Shown here piece after piece: positions 54,949 to 64,000 of a stretch of DNA of 64,000 nucleotides. The notes beneath the pieces were generated by a model. That model saw nothing but the letters and a program-made list of their open reading frames with translations, ran no database searches and was not told where the DNA came from. The DNA comes from Ruminococcaceae bacterium UBA2854. GTDB taxonomy: Bacteria; Bacillota; Clostridia; Oscillospirales; Acutalibacteraceae. The stretch's first letter is position 1. Every line of letters begins with the position of its first letter. The stretch is from positions 320 to 64,319 of the forward strand of contig DEFK01000024.1 in assembly GCA_002350765.1 (NCBI GenBank), written 5' to 3'. Made by a program: the position numbers and the translations under genes.

Positions 54949-57411
54949 ATGACAAAAGAAAAATTCAATATAACTGGAATGAGCTGTTCAGCATGTTCAG
55001 CGGCAGTACAAAGAGCTGTAAGTAAGCTCGACGGCGTACAAACAGCCGACGTCAATCTGCTTACAAATTCTATGGAAGCGGAATATGACGAAACTAAGCT
55101 TAATAATAAAGCCATAATCAGCGCTGTTAAAAAAGCGGGTTATGGCGCGAGCTTGTATGTCCGAAACGACGAACAGTATAACGATAACAGCAATGCGGTT
55201 AAAAAGAGATTGATACTTTCTATCATATTCTTAATACCGCTTATGTTCGTTTCAATGAGCCATATGGTAGGTATTCATATTTCATTATTAGAAAATATGA
55301 CTATACTTGGAATAGCTGAACTTATATTCTTAATTCCAATTTTAATTCTTAATAGGAAATATTTTATCGGAGGTTTCAAATCTCTGTTTAAGCTTCACCC
55401 TAATATGGACGCGCTTATAGCGCTGGGCGCGAGCGTTTCGATACTGTACAGCCTTTATGTTTTTTCTGTTACATTAAATATGAGCGTTATGGAAGCGGGA
55501 AAACACGCTTTACATTATTATTTTGAGTCGGCGGGAATGATACTTACCTTTATTACGATCGGCAAATATCTCGAAAGTAAAAGCAAAAGTAAGACTTCCT
55601 CCGCTATCAGCAAGCTTGTTAAGCTTACACCTAAAACCGCTATTATTGAAAAAGACGGTAAGGAATTAGAAACAGCGACAAGCGAGATAATAAGCGGAGA
55701 TACAGTTATTATAAAAAACGGAATGTCTATACCTGTTGACGGTGAAATTATAAGCGGAAGCTGTAGTATTGACGAAAGCGCCATAACAGGCGAAAGTATT
55801 CCCGTAGATAAAACAGTCGGCGCCGAGGTCACGGGCGGTACTGTTGTTACCTCGGGATATATAAAGATTAAAGCAACTAATACAGGCGAAAATACTACGC
55901 TTTCTAAAATTATAAAGCTCGTAGAGAACGCTACAACCTCAAAAGCGCCTATAGCGAGAATCGCCGATAAGGTTGCGGGAGTATTCGTACCCGCGGTAAT
56001 AGCTATAGCGGTTATCACTACTATAATATGGCTTTTAGTTGGTCAGGATGTCGGGAAATCGATCTCGTTCGGAATAGCTGTGCTTGTTATATCCTGTCCG
56101 TGCGCGCTAGGTCTCGCTACTCCTACGGCTATTATGGTCGGTACTGGTAAGGCCGCTCAATACGGAATTCTAATCAAATCAGCCGAAGCGCTTGAAACCG
56201 CTAATAAAGTAAAAACTGTTATTCTCGATAAAACCGGTACAATTACAAAAGGCGAGCCTAAGGTTACGGATATTATAGAATACTCGGATAACCTTATTCA
56301 AATCGCCTATTCGCTGGAAAATAATTCCGAGCATCCGCTTGCTAAGGCTGTTATAGAATACGCTAAGGAGAATAATATTAAGTTGTCAGAAGCTGAAGGC
56401 TTTAAATCATATACAGGCTTCGGAATATCCGCGGAAATCAATTCAAAAACATATTATTCAGGTAACTACAGCTTTATAAAAGAATTAGGGATTCCTTTCG
56501 ATAATAATTCTATTACGGAATTATACAACAGCGGTAAAACTCCCTTGTTTTTCGCTGATGAAGAAAAGGTTATCGGAATAATCGCCGTAGCGGATACTAT
56601 AAAAGAGACAAGCGCCGAGGCTATAGAACAGCTAAGAGCGATAGAAGTCGAGTCAGTTATGCTTACGGGCGATAATAAACAGACAGCGAACTCAATCCAA
56701 AAAGCGGCGAAAATCAAAACGGCTTACGCCGGAGTATTACCTCAGCAAAAAGAGCAGATAGTTAGAAAATATCAGAAAACTGGAGTTACAGCGATGGTCG
56801 GCGACGGTATAAACGACTCCCCTGCCCTCGTAACGGCTGATGTCGGAATAGCTATCGGTGCGGGAACGGATATCGCGATCGACTCGGCTGATATTGTCCT
56901 TATGAAAAGTGACTTAAAGGACGTTGTTACTACTATTCAGCTAAGCCGCGCAGTGCTCAGAAATATTAAAGAAAACCTGTTCTGGGCGTTTATTTACAAT
57001 ATAATATGTATTCCTCTTGCGGCGGGAGCTTTTTATAATCTCCTTGGCTGGCAGCTTGAGCCGATGTTCGGAACTATCGCTATGAGTTTAAGCTCGATAT
57101 GCGTAGTATCAAACGCGCTTAGGTTAAGAATGTTTAAGCCTAAGAATATACTTGTTGATAAAAACGAAATCACCGAGTATAAAACTATAGTTCCCGACAT
57201 CAACGAAATAAATACAAAGGTCGTTAAAATCGAGGGTATGATGTGTGAGCATTGTGTCGCGAGGGTTAAAAACGCGCTGGAAAATATTAGCGATAAACCC
57301 GTTACCGTTACTCTAAGCGATAACAGCGCGGTTGTTGATGAGGCTTTAGATGATAAAGAAATAAAAGAAGCTATTACTAAAGCGGGATATAAAGTTATAG
57401 AAATCCATTAA
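54949..57411 (+). CDS. copA: copper-translocating P1B-type ATPase
   Basis: 820 aa. Has an N-terminal HMA domain (GMSCSACS), the CPC motif in its TM helix, DKTGT, GDGINDSPAL, and a second C-terminal HMA domain (GMMCEHCV). Confidence 0.93.
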   Translation: MTKEKFNITGMSCSACSAAVQRAVSKLDGVQTADVNLLTNSMEAEYDETKLNNKAIISAVKKAGYGASLYVRNDEQYNDNSNAVKKRLILSIIFLIPLMFVSMSHMVGIHISLLENMTILGIAELIFLIPILILNRKYFIGGFKSLFKLHPNMDALIALGASVSILYSLYVFSVTLNMSVMEAGKHALHYYFESAGMILTFITIGKYLESKSKSKTSSAISKLVKLTPKTAIIEKDGKELETATSEIISGDTVIIKNGMSIPVDGEIISGSCSIDESAITGESIPVDKTVGAEVTGGTVVTSGYIKIKATNTGENTTLSKIIKLVENATTSKAPIARIADKVAGVFVPAVIAIAVITTIIWLLVGQDVGKSISFGIAVLVISCPCALGLATPTAIMVGTGKAAQYGILIKSAEALETANKVKTVILDKTGTITKGEPKVTDIIEYSDNLIQIAYSLENNSEHPLAKAVIEYAKENNIKLSEAEGFKSYTGFGISAEINSKTYYSGNYSFIKELGIPFDNNSITELYNSGKTPLFFADEEKVIGIIAVADTIKETSAEAIEQLRAIEVESVMLTGDNKQTANSIQKAAKIKTAYAGVLPQQKEQIVRKYQKTGVTAMVGDGINDSPALVTADVGIAIGAGTDIAIDSADIVLMKSDLKDVVTTIQLSRAVLRNIKENLFWAFIYNIICIPLAAGAFYNLLGWQLEPMFGTIAMSLSSICVVSNALRLRMFKPKNILVDKNEITEYKTIVPDINEINTKVVKIEGMMCEHCVARVKNALENISDKPVTVTLSDNSAVVDEALDDKEIKEAITKAGYKVIEIH

Positions 57412-57443
57412 AAAATTCGGCTCGTTATTGAGCCGAATTTTTC
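57411..57443. terminator. bidirectional terminator between copA and purD
   Basis: AUUCGGCUC-6 nt-GAGCCGAAU flanked by AAAAA and UUUUU. Confidence 0.7.
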
Positions 57444-57453
57444 TTATGTTTAA

Positions 57454-58719
57454 TTATTTAGTTCTTCCGATATCTGTACGGTAGTGGGCGTTTTCAAAGT
57501 CGATTTTCTTAACAGCTTTATACGCTTTGTCTAAAGCTTCGTCGAGAGTATCGGCTTTAGCTGTAACGCCGAGAACACGTCCGCCGTTAGTCAGCATTTT
57601 GTCGCCGTCGAGCTTAGTACCCGCGTGGTAAACAATCGCGCCGTCTACCCCGCCGTTTTCATCTAAGCCTTTAATCTCAACGCCTTTTTTATACGAAAGC
57701 GGATAACCGCCGCTTGCCATTACTACGCAGGCTGTAGCGCCGTCGTACCACTCTATATCAACGTCGGAAAGCTTCTCGTCAATAATAGCTTCGCAGATAT
57801 CAACCAGATCGGTCTTTAATCTAGGAAGTACAACCTGAGCCTCGGGATCGCCGAAACGGGCGTTGTACTCGATAACCTTGGGGCCGTTCGGGGTAATCAT
57901 AAGTCCGAAGTATAAGCAACCCTTAAAAGGTCTGCCCTCTTTAGCCATAGCTTCGATAGTAGGAACAAATATTGTATCGTAACACTGTTTAGCTATTTCG
58001 TCCGTGTAATACGGGTTAGGACTAACTGTACCCATACCGCCCGTATTCAAGCCCTCATCATTATCGTAGGCTCTTTTATGGTCCTTAGAACTTACCATGG
58101 GCTTTACTACCTTACCGTCGGTAAACGCGAGTACGCTGACCTCGGGACCTGTTAAGAACTCCTCGATTACAATGTTATTGCCCGAGTCGCCGAACTTCTT
58201 ATCCTCCATAATCGACTTAACCGCTTCTTTAGCGTCGTCGATTGTCTGAGCTATAATTACGCCCTTGCCGAGCGCTAAGCCGTCAGCCTTAACAACTACG
58301 GGAGTTGTGTTTTCGGACTCGATATATTCAATAGCCTTTTTAGGATCACTGAACACCTCGTACTTAGCTGTCGGAATACCGAACTTCTTCATAAGGTTTT
58401 TAGAGAAAACCTTGGAAGCCTCGATAACAGCCGCGTCGGCGTTAGGGCCGAAAGCTCTTACACCCGCCTTTTCCATAGCGTCCACCATACCTGCGGCGAG
58501 CGGATCGTCGGGTGCTACAAAAACGAGGTCTATAGCGTTATCCTTAGCGAACTTTACCATATTCTCGATATCCATAGCGCCGATATTAACGCACTCAGCG
58601 TCCTTAGCGATACCGCCGTTACCAGGAGCGCAGTAGAGTTTATCGCACTTAGGAGATTCTTTAAGTTTTTTAATTAAAGCGTGCTCACGTCCGCCTGAGC
58701 CTACCATTAAAATTTTCAT
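57454..58719 (-). CDS. purD: phosphoribosylamine--glycine ligase
   Basis: 421 aa. Begins MKILMVGSGGREHAL and has an ATP-grasp fold. Confidence 0.96.
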   Translation of the reverse strand: MKILMVGSGGREHALIKKLKESPKCDKLYCAPGNGGIAKDAECVNIGAMDIENMVKFAKDNAIDLVFVAPDDPLAAGMVDAMEKAGVRAFGPNADAAVIEASKVFSKNLMKKFGIPTAKYEVFSDPKKAIEYIESENTTPVVVKADGLALGKGVIIAQTIDDAKEAVKSIMEDKKFGDSGNNIVIEEFLTGPEVSVLAFTDGKVVKPMVSSKDHKRAYDNDEGLNTGGMGTVSPNPYYTDEIAKQCYDTIFVPTIEAMAKEGRPFKGCLYFGLMITPNGPKVIEYNARFGDPEAQVVLPRLKTDLVDICEAIIDEKLSDVDIEWYDGATACVVMASGGYPLSYKKGVEIKGLDENGGVDGAIVYHAGTKLDGDKMLTNGGRVLGVTAKADTLDEALDKAYKAVKKIDFENAHYRTDIGRTK

Positions 58720-58733
58720 ATTTTATCCTCGCA

Positions 58734-59912
58734 TTAATGATGGAATAAACGGATTCCTGTAAAGCACATTGTCATATTGTACTTGTCGCAGGTTTCGATT
58801 ACGTTATCGTCACGGATAGAACCGCCGGGTTGAGCAACGAACTCAACGCCTGATTTCTTAGCTCTCTCGATATTATCGCCGAACGGGAAGAATGCGTCCG
58901 AACCTAAGGCTACGCCTGAATTCTTAGCGATCCATTCCTTCTTTTCCTCGGCTGTAAGCGGCTCAGGTTTAACCTTAAAGAGATTCTGCCATGTACCGTC
59001 ACGGAGAACATCCTCGTACTCATCGGAGATATATACGTCGATTGTATTATCTCTGTCAGGTCTGCGGATATTATCGACAAACTGTAAACCTAAAACCTTT
59101 GGATGCTGACGAAGCCACCAGATATCAGCCTTGTTACCCGCAAGTCTTGTGCAGTGAACACGTGACTGCTGACCAGCGCCAACGCCGATAGCCTGTCCGT
59201 CCTTAGCGTAGCAAACGGAGTTTGACTGTGTATATTTAAGAGTGATTAAAGCGATAATAAGGTCACGCTTAGCTTCCTCGGAGAACTCCTTATTAGCTGT
59301 TACGATTTCCTTAGTAATCATCTCTTCGTCAATTTTAAGCTCATTTCTGCCCTGCTCAAATGTGATACCGAAAACATCCTTATGCTCAATCGGCTCGGGA
59401 ACATAGTCGGGATCAATCTTAACTACGTTATAATTGCCTTTTCTCTTAGTTTTAAGAACCTCTAAAGCCTCGGGAGTATAGTCGGGAGCTATAACGCCGT
59501 CGGAAACCTCGCGCTGTAAGAGCTTAGCTGTCTGAACATCGCAGGTATCGGAAAGCGCTACCCAGTCGCCGTAGGACGACATTCTGTCCGCGCCTCTTGC
59601 TTTAGCGTAAGCGCTCGCAATCGGAGAAAGCTCTAGATCATCTACAAAGTAGATTTTCTTAAGCGTGTCTGAAAGCTCTGTAGCGACAGCCGCGCCCGCG
59701 GGGCTTACGTGCTTAAATGAAGCGGCAGACGGTAAGCCTGTAGCTTCTTTAAGCTCTTTTACGAGCTGCCATGAATTAAAAGCGTCGAGAAAGTTAATGT
59801 AACCTGGTTTACCGTTAAGTACCTCAACAGGTAAATCCTTACCGTTGTTCATAAAGATTTTTGACGGTTTCTGATTAGGGTTACAACCGTATTTAAGTTC
59901 GAGTTCTGTCAT
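58734..59912 (-). CDS. purH: AICAR formyltransferase (PurH transformylase domain only)
   Basis: 392 aa. Contains LKYGCNPNQ, GVGAGQQSRV, and GGSIRDDNVI...FTGIRLFHH. It has no MGS-like IMP cyclohydrolase domain. Confidence 0.9.
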   Translation of the reverse strand: MTELELKYGCNPNQKPSKIFMNNGKDLPVEVLNGKPGYINFLDAFNSWQLVKELKEATGLPSAASFKHVSPAGAAVATELSDTLKKIYFVDDLELSPIASAYAKARGADRMSSYGDWVALSDTCDVQTAKLLQREVSDGVIAPDYTPEALEVLKTKRKGNYNVVKIDPDYVPEPIEHKDVFGITFEQGRNELKIDEEMITKEIVTANKEFSEEAKRDLIIALITLKYTQSNSVCYAKDGQAIGVGAGQQSRVHCTRLAGNKADIWWLRQHPKVLGLQFVDNIRRPDRDNTIDVYISDEYEDVLRDGTWQNLFKVKPEPLTAEEKKEWIAKNSGVALGSDAFFPFGDNIERAKKSGVEFVAQPGGSIRDDNVIETCDKYNMTMCFTGIRLFHH

Positions 59913-59941
59913 AATTAATCCTCCAATTACCTAAATATAAT

Positions 59942-60676
59942 TTATTTATTCTTATTGATTATTCTAGAGTCAGCTTTATTTGTCGCGATATTGATATATC
60001 TTACAAACAAGCTTACTTTATTATCGTTATCAAGCGCGTTCCATACCTTCTCAGTGAAAGTATCTATATCGTCACATCCGATTTCAACGAGAGTAGGCTC
60101 GCCCTCGAAGCTCGGGAGTGGATTGCCGTCGCCCATATAAGTGTGGATAAAATGTCCCTCACCCTTAATCGGATGCTCATAATCGAATGTAAAACGCTGG
60201 CAGCATTTAGGATTACCGTTAGCGCTCTTTAATATCGACATAGAATAGGAAAGCTTCTCGCCTCTCGCGTCAGCGTCTGTACGACACGTAACAATACCGC
60301 TGATACGGGGTGTATAGTTAGGAGCGTCTGGCTCGAACTCACGTCCGCTTAAAGACTGCTCGAAGGTCTTTCCGCAGGACATAAGGCTTACGATAGTATC
60401 AGTCTGGTCGCCGTTGGTAACAATGGTATTCTCGGCGAATGTACGTACAGGAGCGTAGATAATAAGGCTCGGATCCTCTACCTTACTCTCGTCAAACGCT
60501 TTTGTACGGATACCGTCGCCGTCCTCTACGAATACACGATTACGGCTGTTTTCGCTTCTTCCCATAATAAAGTAAGCGATAACGGCGTTTGCTCCGTCGG
60601 CTGTTCTGCCGAGAACTATACCTCGTCCGGGGTAAGTGGTTTTTGAAATTTCTTTTTCAAGATTTACAGGGTTCAT
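59942..60676 (-). CDS. PurO-type (archaeal-like) IMP cyclohydrolase
   Basis: 244 aa. Begins YPGRGIVLGRT...AYFIMGRSENSRNR. Sits between purN and purH. Confidence 0.8.
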   Translation of the reverse strand: MNPVNLEKEISKTTYPGRGIVLGRTADGANAVIAYFIMGRSENSRNRVFVEDGDGIRTKAFDESKVEDPSLIIYAPVRTFAENTIVTNGDQTDTIVSLMSCGKTFEQSLSGREFEPDAPNYTPRISGIVTCRTDADARGEKLSYSMSILKSANGNPKCCQRFTFDYEHPIKGEGHFIHTYMGDGNPLPSFEGEPTLVEIGCDDIDTFTEKVWNALDNDNKVSLFVRYINIATNKADSRIINKNK

Positions 60677-60686
60677 ATTATCCTCC

Positions 60687-61313
60687 TTAAAATAAAACTT
60701 CTGTTTTATTATTTTCTACTTTTATTTTATCTTCACAGAACAGCGATACAGCCTTTGGCAGTATCTTCCATTCCGCTTCTTCCATAACACGCTTTTGGAG
60801 AATTTCGGGTGTATCTCCGTTTTTGACTTCGACTGCCTTTTGAAGAATAATAGGCCCGCCGTCGCAGATTTCGGTTACAAAATGCGCTGTTGCGCCTGTA
60901 AGCTTAACGCCTTTCTCCAACGCCTTTTCGTGAACCTTTAGCCCGTAATATCCCTCGCCGCAAAAGCTCGGTATTAACGCGGGATGAATATTAATAATTC
61001 TGTTCTCGAACTCATTAATTACTCTCTTACCGAGAATAGTCATAAATCCCGCTAATACTATTAAATCGGCGTTCTTACTTTTAAGAAGCTCGGTTAAGCT
61101 TTTATCGTATTCATCAAAGTCTGAAAAATCCTTACGTCTTATAACATCTGTCGAGATATTATTATTCTTAGCTCTCTCGAGCGCGTAAGCGTCGGGATTG
61201 CTCGAGATAACACAGGTGATTTTACCGTTTTTTATAATGCCCGATTTTTCAGCGTCGATAAGGGCTTGCAGGTTAGTTCCTCCGCCCGATACGAGTACAA
61301 CTATATTTTTCAT
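60687..61313 (-). CDS. purN: phosphoribosylglycinamide formyltransferase
   Basis: 208 aa. Contains VLVSGGGTNLQA, INIHPALIP, and TGATAHFV. Confidence 0.94.
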   Translation of the reverse strand: MKNIVVLVSGGGTNLQALIDAEKSGIIKNGKITCVISSNPDAYALERAKNNNISTDVIRRKDFSDFDEYDKSLTELLKSKNADLIVLAGFMTILGKRVINEFENRIINIHPALIPSFCGEGYYGLKVHEKALEKGVKLTGATAHFVTEICDGGPIILQKAVEVKNGDTPEILQKRVMEEAEWKILPKAVSLFCEDKIKVENNKTEVLF

Positions 61314-62347
61314 TACTCAAATATTACTCCTTCGCCGCCTTTAACAACCTCGCCTAAAACGACAGCGTCCTCGCCGTTAGCTTTAAGAACATCAAGCGTT
61401 TTATCGACATCATTTTTATCTACGCAAAGCGCCATTCCGATACCCATATTAAAGGTGTTATACATATCGTGTTCGGAAATATTTCCAACACGCTGGATTA
61501 CGTTAAATATCGGCAGAACGGGGATATTATCCTTTTTAATCTTAGCGCTTAAACCGTCTTTTAACATTCTCGGAATATTCTCGTAAAATCCGCCGCCTGT
61601 GATATGAGAAACAGCCTTAACATCTACTTCGTTAAGTAAAGCGAAAAGAGGTTTAACGTAAAGCTTTGTAGGAGTAAGCAAGGTTTCTCCGAGAGGTTTG
61701 TCAAGCTCGTCGTATGTATTATAAATTGTCTTTTCGTCAATACCGAAAACCTTTCTTACAAGAGAAAAGCCGTTAGAATGCACGCCCGATGACGGGATAC
61801 CGATAATAACGTCGCCCTCGTTAAGCTTGCTTCCGTCAATCATCTTAGGCTTGTCTACCATACCTACACAGAAGCCCGCTACATCATATTCGTCTACAGG
61901 CATAAGACCGGGGTGTTCTGCGGTTTCTCCGCCTACTAAAGCACATTCGGACTGTACACAACCCTCAGCTATACCCTCAACGATAGAAGCTACTTTCTCG
62001 GGATAGTTCTTTCCAATCGCTATATAGTCAAGGAAGAATAAGGGTTTAGCTCCGCAGCAGATAACGTCATTTACGCACATAGCAACCGCGTCAATACCAA
62101 TTGTATTATGCTTATCAAGTAAAAACGCGAGCTTAATCTTAGTTCCGACGCCGTCGGTTCCGCTGATTAAAACGGGCTCTTCCATATCCTTAAAATCAGG
62201 AGCGAATAATCCGCCGAAACCGCCTATTCCCGAAATAACTCCTGGAATTTTGGTACGGGCAACGTGCTTTTTAATAAGCTCTACAGACTCGTAGCCCGCG
62301 GTAATATCAACTCCCGCTTCCTTATAGCTTTCACTAAAACTTTTCAT
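61313..62347 (-). CDS. purM: phosphoribosylformylglycinamidine cyclo-ligase
   Basis: Contains YKEAGVDI and the DGVGTK motif. I placed the start at ATG 62347, after a GGAGGAA SD; the track start is 12 nt further up. Confidence 0.95.
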   Translation of the reverse strand: MKSFSESYKEAGVDITAGYESVELIKKHVARTKIPGVISGIGGFGGLFAPDFKDMEEPVLISGTDGVGTKIKLAFLLDKHNTIGIDAVAMCVNDVICCGAKPLFFLDYIAIGKNYPEKVASIVEGIAEGCVQSECALVGGETAEHPGLMPVDEYDVAGFCVGMVDKPKMIDGSKLNEGDVIIGIPSSGVHSNGFSLVRKVFGIDEKTIYNTYDELDKPLGETLLTPTKLYVKPLFALLNEVDVKAVSHITGGGFYENIPRMLKDGLSAKIKKDNIPVLPIFNVIQRVGNISEHDMYNTFNMGIGMALCVDKNDVDKTLDVLKANGEDAVVLGEVVKGGEGVIFE

Positions 62348-62358
62348 ACGTTCCTCCA

Positions 62359-63804
62359 TTAATACTTTTTAATCTTATTCGCGAATTTATCCTCGTATAT
62401 AATCTTAGGTTTATCTGCGTGGTAAACGCCGCTGAAACATCCGTCACAAAGACCGATCTTACATCCCTCGGCGATTTTATGTATACCCTCAACGCTTAAG
62501 AACTTTAAAGAATCAGCGCCGATACGCTTTCTTAAAGCCTCAACATCATATCTGTTGGATATTAAATCCTCAGATTTAGGTAAATCCATTCCGAAATAGC
62601 AGGAATGAACAAATTCAGGAGAGCTGATTCTTACGTGAACCTCTTTAGCTCCCGCGTCTTTGAGCACCTTTACGATATGAGCGGAAGTATTCCCGTGGAT
62701 AATCGAGTCGTCTATTATAACTACACGCTTGCCGTCAACAATGTTTTTTATAACATTAAGACGGTTTTTTAAAAGGCGCTGGGTTTTATCGTTCCCTACT
62801 CCGTCGGGAGTACGACCGATGTACTTATTTTTAATAAACGCCGTAGCGTATTTTATACCCGATGCTGCTGAATAACCCTGAGCCGCGTCAAGTCCCGAAT
62901 CGGGAACGCCGCATACTATATCAGCCTCAACAGGGTTTTCGTTAAAGAGAATCTCCCCCGCTTTACGGCGCGCCAGATTTACGTTAACGCCGTCAATTAT
63001 CGAGTCAGGTCTAGCTACGTAAATATACTCGAAAAGGCACAGAGAAGTAGTCTTTTTCTTTTCGCTAAAGTAGCTGTGGAAACCCTCGTTGTCAATTACC
63101 ACCATTTCTCCTGGATATACGTCACGGATAAATTTGCCGCCTATAGATTCAATAGCGCAGCTTTCCGAAGAAATAATATAGCTGTTATTAATCTTTCCCA
63201 GACACAGCGGCTTAAAGCCGTGGGGATCTCTAAGTCCGATAAGCTTTGTCGGCGAGCTTATAACCATAGAATATGAGCCCTTTAAAATGCCCATTGTTTT
63301 TAAAACGGCTTCTTCTATAGAATCGGAGTCTATCCTATGGGTAGAAATCATATAGCCGATTACTTCCGCGTGGGAATTTGACTGGAAGATAGCGCCACCC
63401 TTTTCAAGCGCCGCTCTTATCTCGGCGAAATTGGTAACAGCTCCGTTATTAGCGAGAGCTAAGGAACCCTCTATATATCTCATAACAAGCGGCTGAGTAG
63501 CGGCTCTGTCAAGATATTGGTGGGAGGTGTATCTTACGTGACCGACAGACATTTTTCCCTTGGGGAGCTTACCGAGGTTCTTTTCATTAAAAATATTGGA
63601 AACTATTCCCAGATCCTTAACGGTATAGGGCTCGCCGTCCTCGATAACGGTTATACCCGCGCTTTCCTGACCTCTGTGCTGAAGTCCGTAAAGACCGTCA
63701 TGCGTAAGGGAAACTAAGTCCAAATCATCATTATTGTATATTCCAAAAACACCGCATTCATCATTAACCTTATCGCGGCGCTTATCAATCACAACACTTT
63801 TCAA
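62359..63804 (-). CDS. purF: amidophosphoribosyltransferase
   Basis: 481 aa. Has a propeptide followed by the catalytic CGVFGI, a PRTase loop and a C-terminal Fe-S Cys pattern. The TTG start is uncertain. Confidence 0.95.
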   Translation of the reverse strand: MKSVVIDKRRDKVNDECGVFGIYNNDDLDLVSLTHDGLYGLQHRGQESAGITVIEDGEPYTVKDLGIVSNIFNEKNLGKLPKGKMSVGHVRYTSHQYLDRAATQPLVMRYIEGSLALANNGAVTNFAEIRAALEKGGAIFQSNSHAEVIGYMISTHRIDSDSIEEAVLKTMGILKGSYSMVISSPTKLIGLRDPHGFKPLCLGKINNSYIISSESCAIESIGGKFIRDVYPGEMVVIDNEGFHSYFSEKKKTTSLCLFEYIYVARPDSIIDGVNVNLARRKAGEILFNENPVEADIVCGVPDSGLDAAQGYSAASGIKYATAFIKNKYIGRTPDGVGNDKTQRLLKNRLNVIKNIVDGKRVVIIDDSIIHGNTSAHIVKVLKDAGAKEVHVRISSPEFVHSCYFGMDLPKSEDLISNRYDVEALRKRIGADSLKFLSVEGIHKIAEGCKIGLCDGCFSGVYHADKPKIIYEDKFANKIKKY

Positions 63805-64000
63805 AGCTCACAAGCCTTTCTTTTAATCATTTCGTCTTTTTCTCTTACCGCGTCAGCCATTGTCTTTTTCATTTCCTCGAGCTTTTCGCTTAAGCTGTCG
63901 TCGCTTAAAGCGAGCATCTCAACGGCTAAAATAGCGGCGTTAGCGGCGCCGTCTACTCCGACAGTAGCTACAGGGATTCCCGGCGGCATCATTACCGTAG
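63801..64000 (-). CDS. purE: 5-(carboxyamino)imidazole ribonucleotide mutase PurE, C-terminal part (gene runs off the window)
   Basis: Reads ..MPPGIPVATVGVDGAANAAILAVEML.. The frame stays open to the window edge. Confidence 0.88.
   Translation of the reverse strand, partial: TVMMPPGIPVATVGVDGAANAAILAVEMLALSDDSLSEKLEEMKKTMADAVREKDEMIKRKACEL

Noticed and set aside
1-64000. Searched by eye for CRISPR repeats, tRNA or rRNA genes, IS elements or transposases, integrases, phage genes, toxin-antitoxin pairs, restriction-modification or other defence genes, reverse transcriptases, and large unexplained non-coding stretches.
   Set aside because: I found none. The largest non-coding gaps are 231, 200, 197, 178 and 175 nt, and all are accounted for by promoters, leaders or terminators. 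Every ORF of 130 aa or more outside the antisense set is assignable to a housekeeping family, except the three small hypotheticals flagged above.

Overview
This window looks like the chromosomal core of a low-GC, endospore-forming Firmicute, probably Clostridia-like, since spo0A, spoIVB and yunB are present. Positions 1-46879 form one uninterrupted minus-strand array of about 55 tightly packed housekeeping genes. In transcription order they are: a tarI-tarJ-rpe-tagF-like ribitol-phosphate module; infC-rpmI-rplT; trmH-dprA-topA-trmFO-plsX-rnc-rSAM-smc-ftsY-rdgB-yhbY-yqeK-rsfS-leuS; rpsU; aroQ-pepP; efp plus an acidic Zn-ribbon gene; yunB; miaB-ricA-like-mutS-mutL-miaA-hlyD-like-ylmE-sepF-ylmH-divIVA-ileS; lspA-rluD; rplS; lepB; ylqF-rnhB-yraN; and thrC. 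From 47 kb onward the strands are mixed: CPBP protease-tadA, cca, a P-type ATPase, spoIVB-spo0A, copA, and a purE-F-M-N-(purO-type cyclohydrolase)-purH-D operon. The ORF track translates GTG/TTG as M, misses genes under 60 aa and misses edge-truncated genes. I therefore re-called several starts from Shine-Dalgarno (SD) context and added rpsU, the full infC, the full radical-SAM gene and an edge fragment. I found no rRNA, tRNA, CRISPR array, transposase, integrase, prophage or recognisable defence gene. I cannot honestly point to a convincing novel multi-gene system. The items most worth follow-up are: (1) a radical-SAM gene with no canonical start codon, probably ATT overlapping the rnc stop; (2) an unstudied, very acidic Cys-rich Zn-ribbon gene coupled to efp; (3) a RicA/YlbF-family protein with a CX3CX2CX2C tail next to miaB; (4) ileS and leuS without room for T-box leaders; (5) a compact CDP-ribitol module; (6) a densely patterned spo0A upstream region. 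All similarity statements come from motif recognition by eye, not from database searches.
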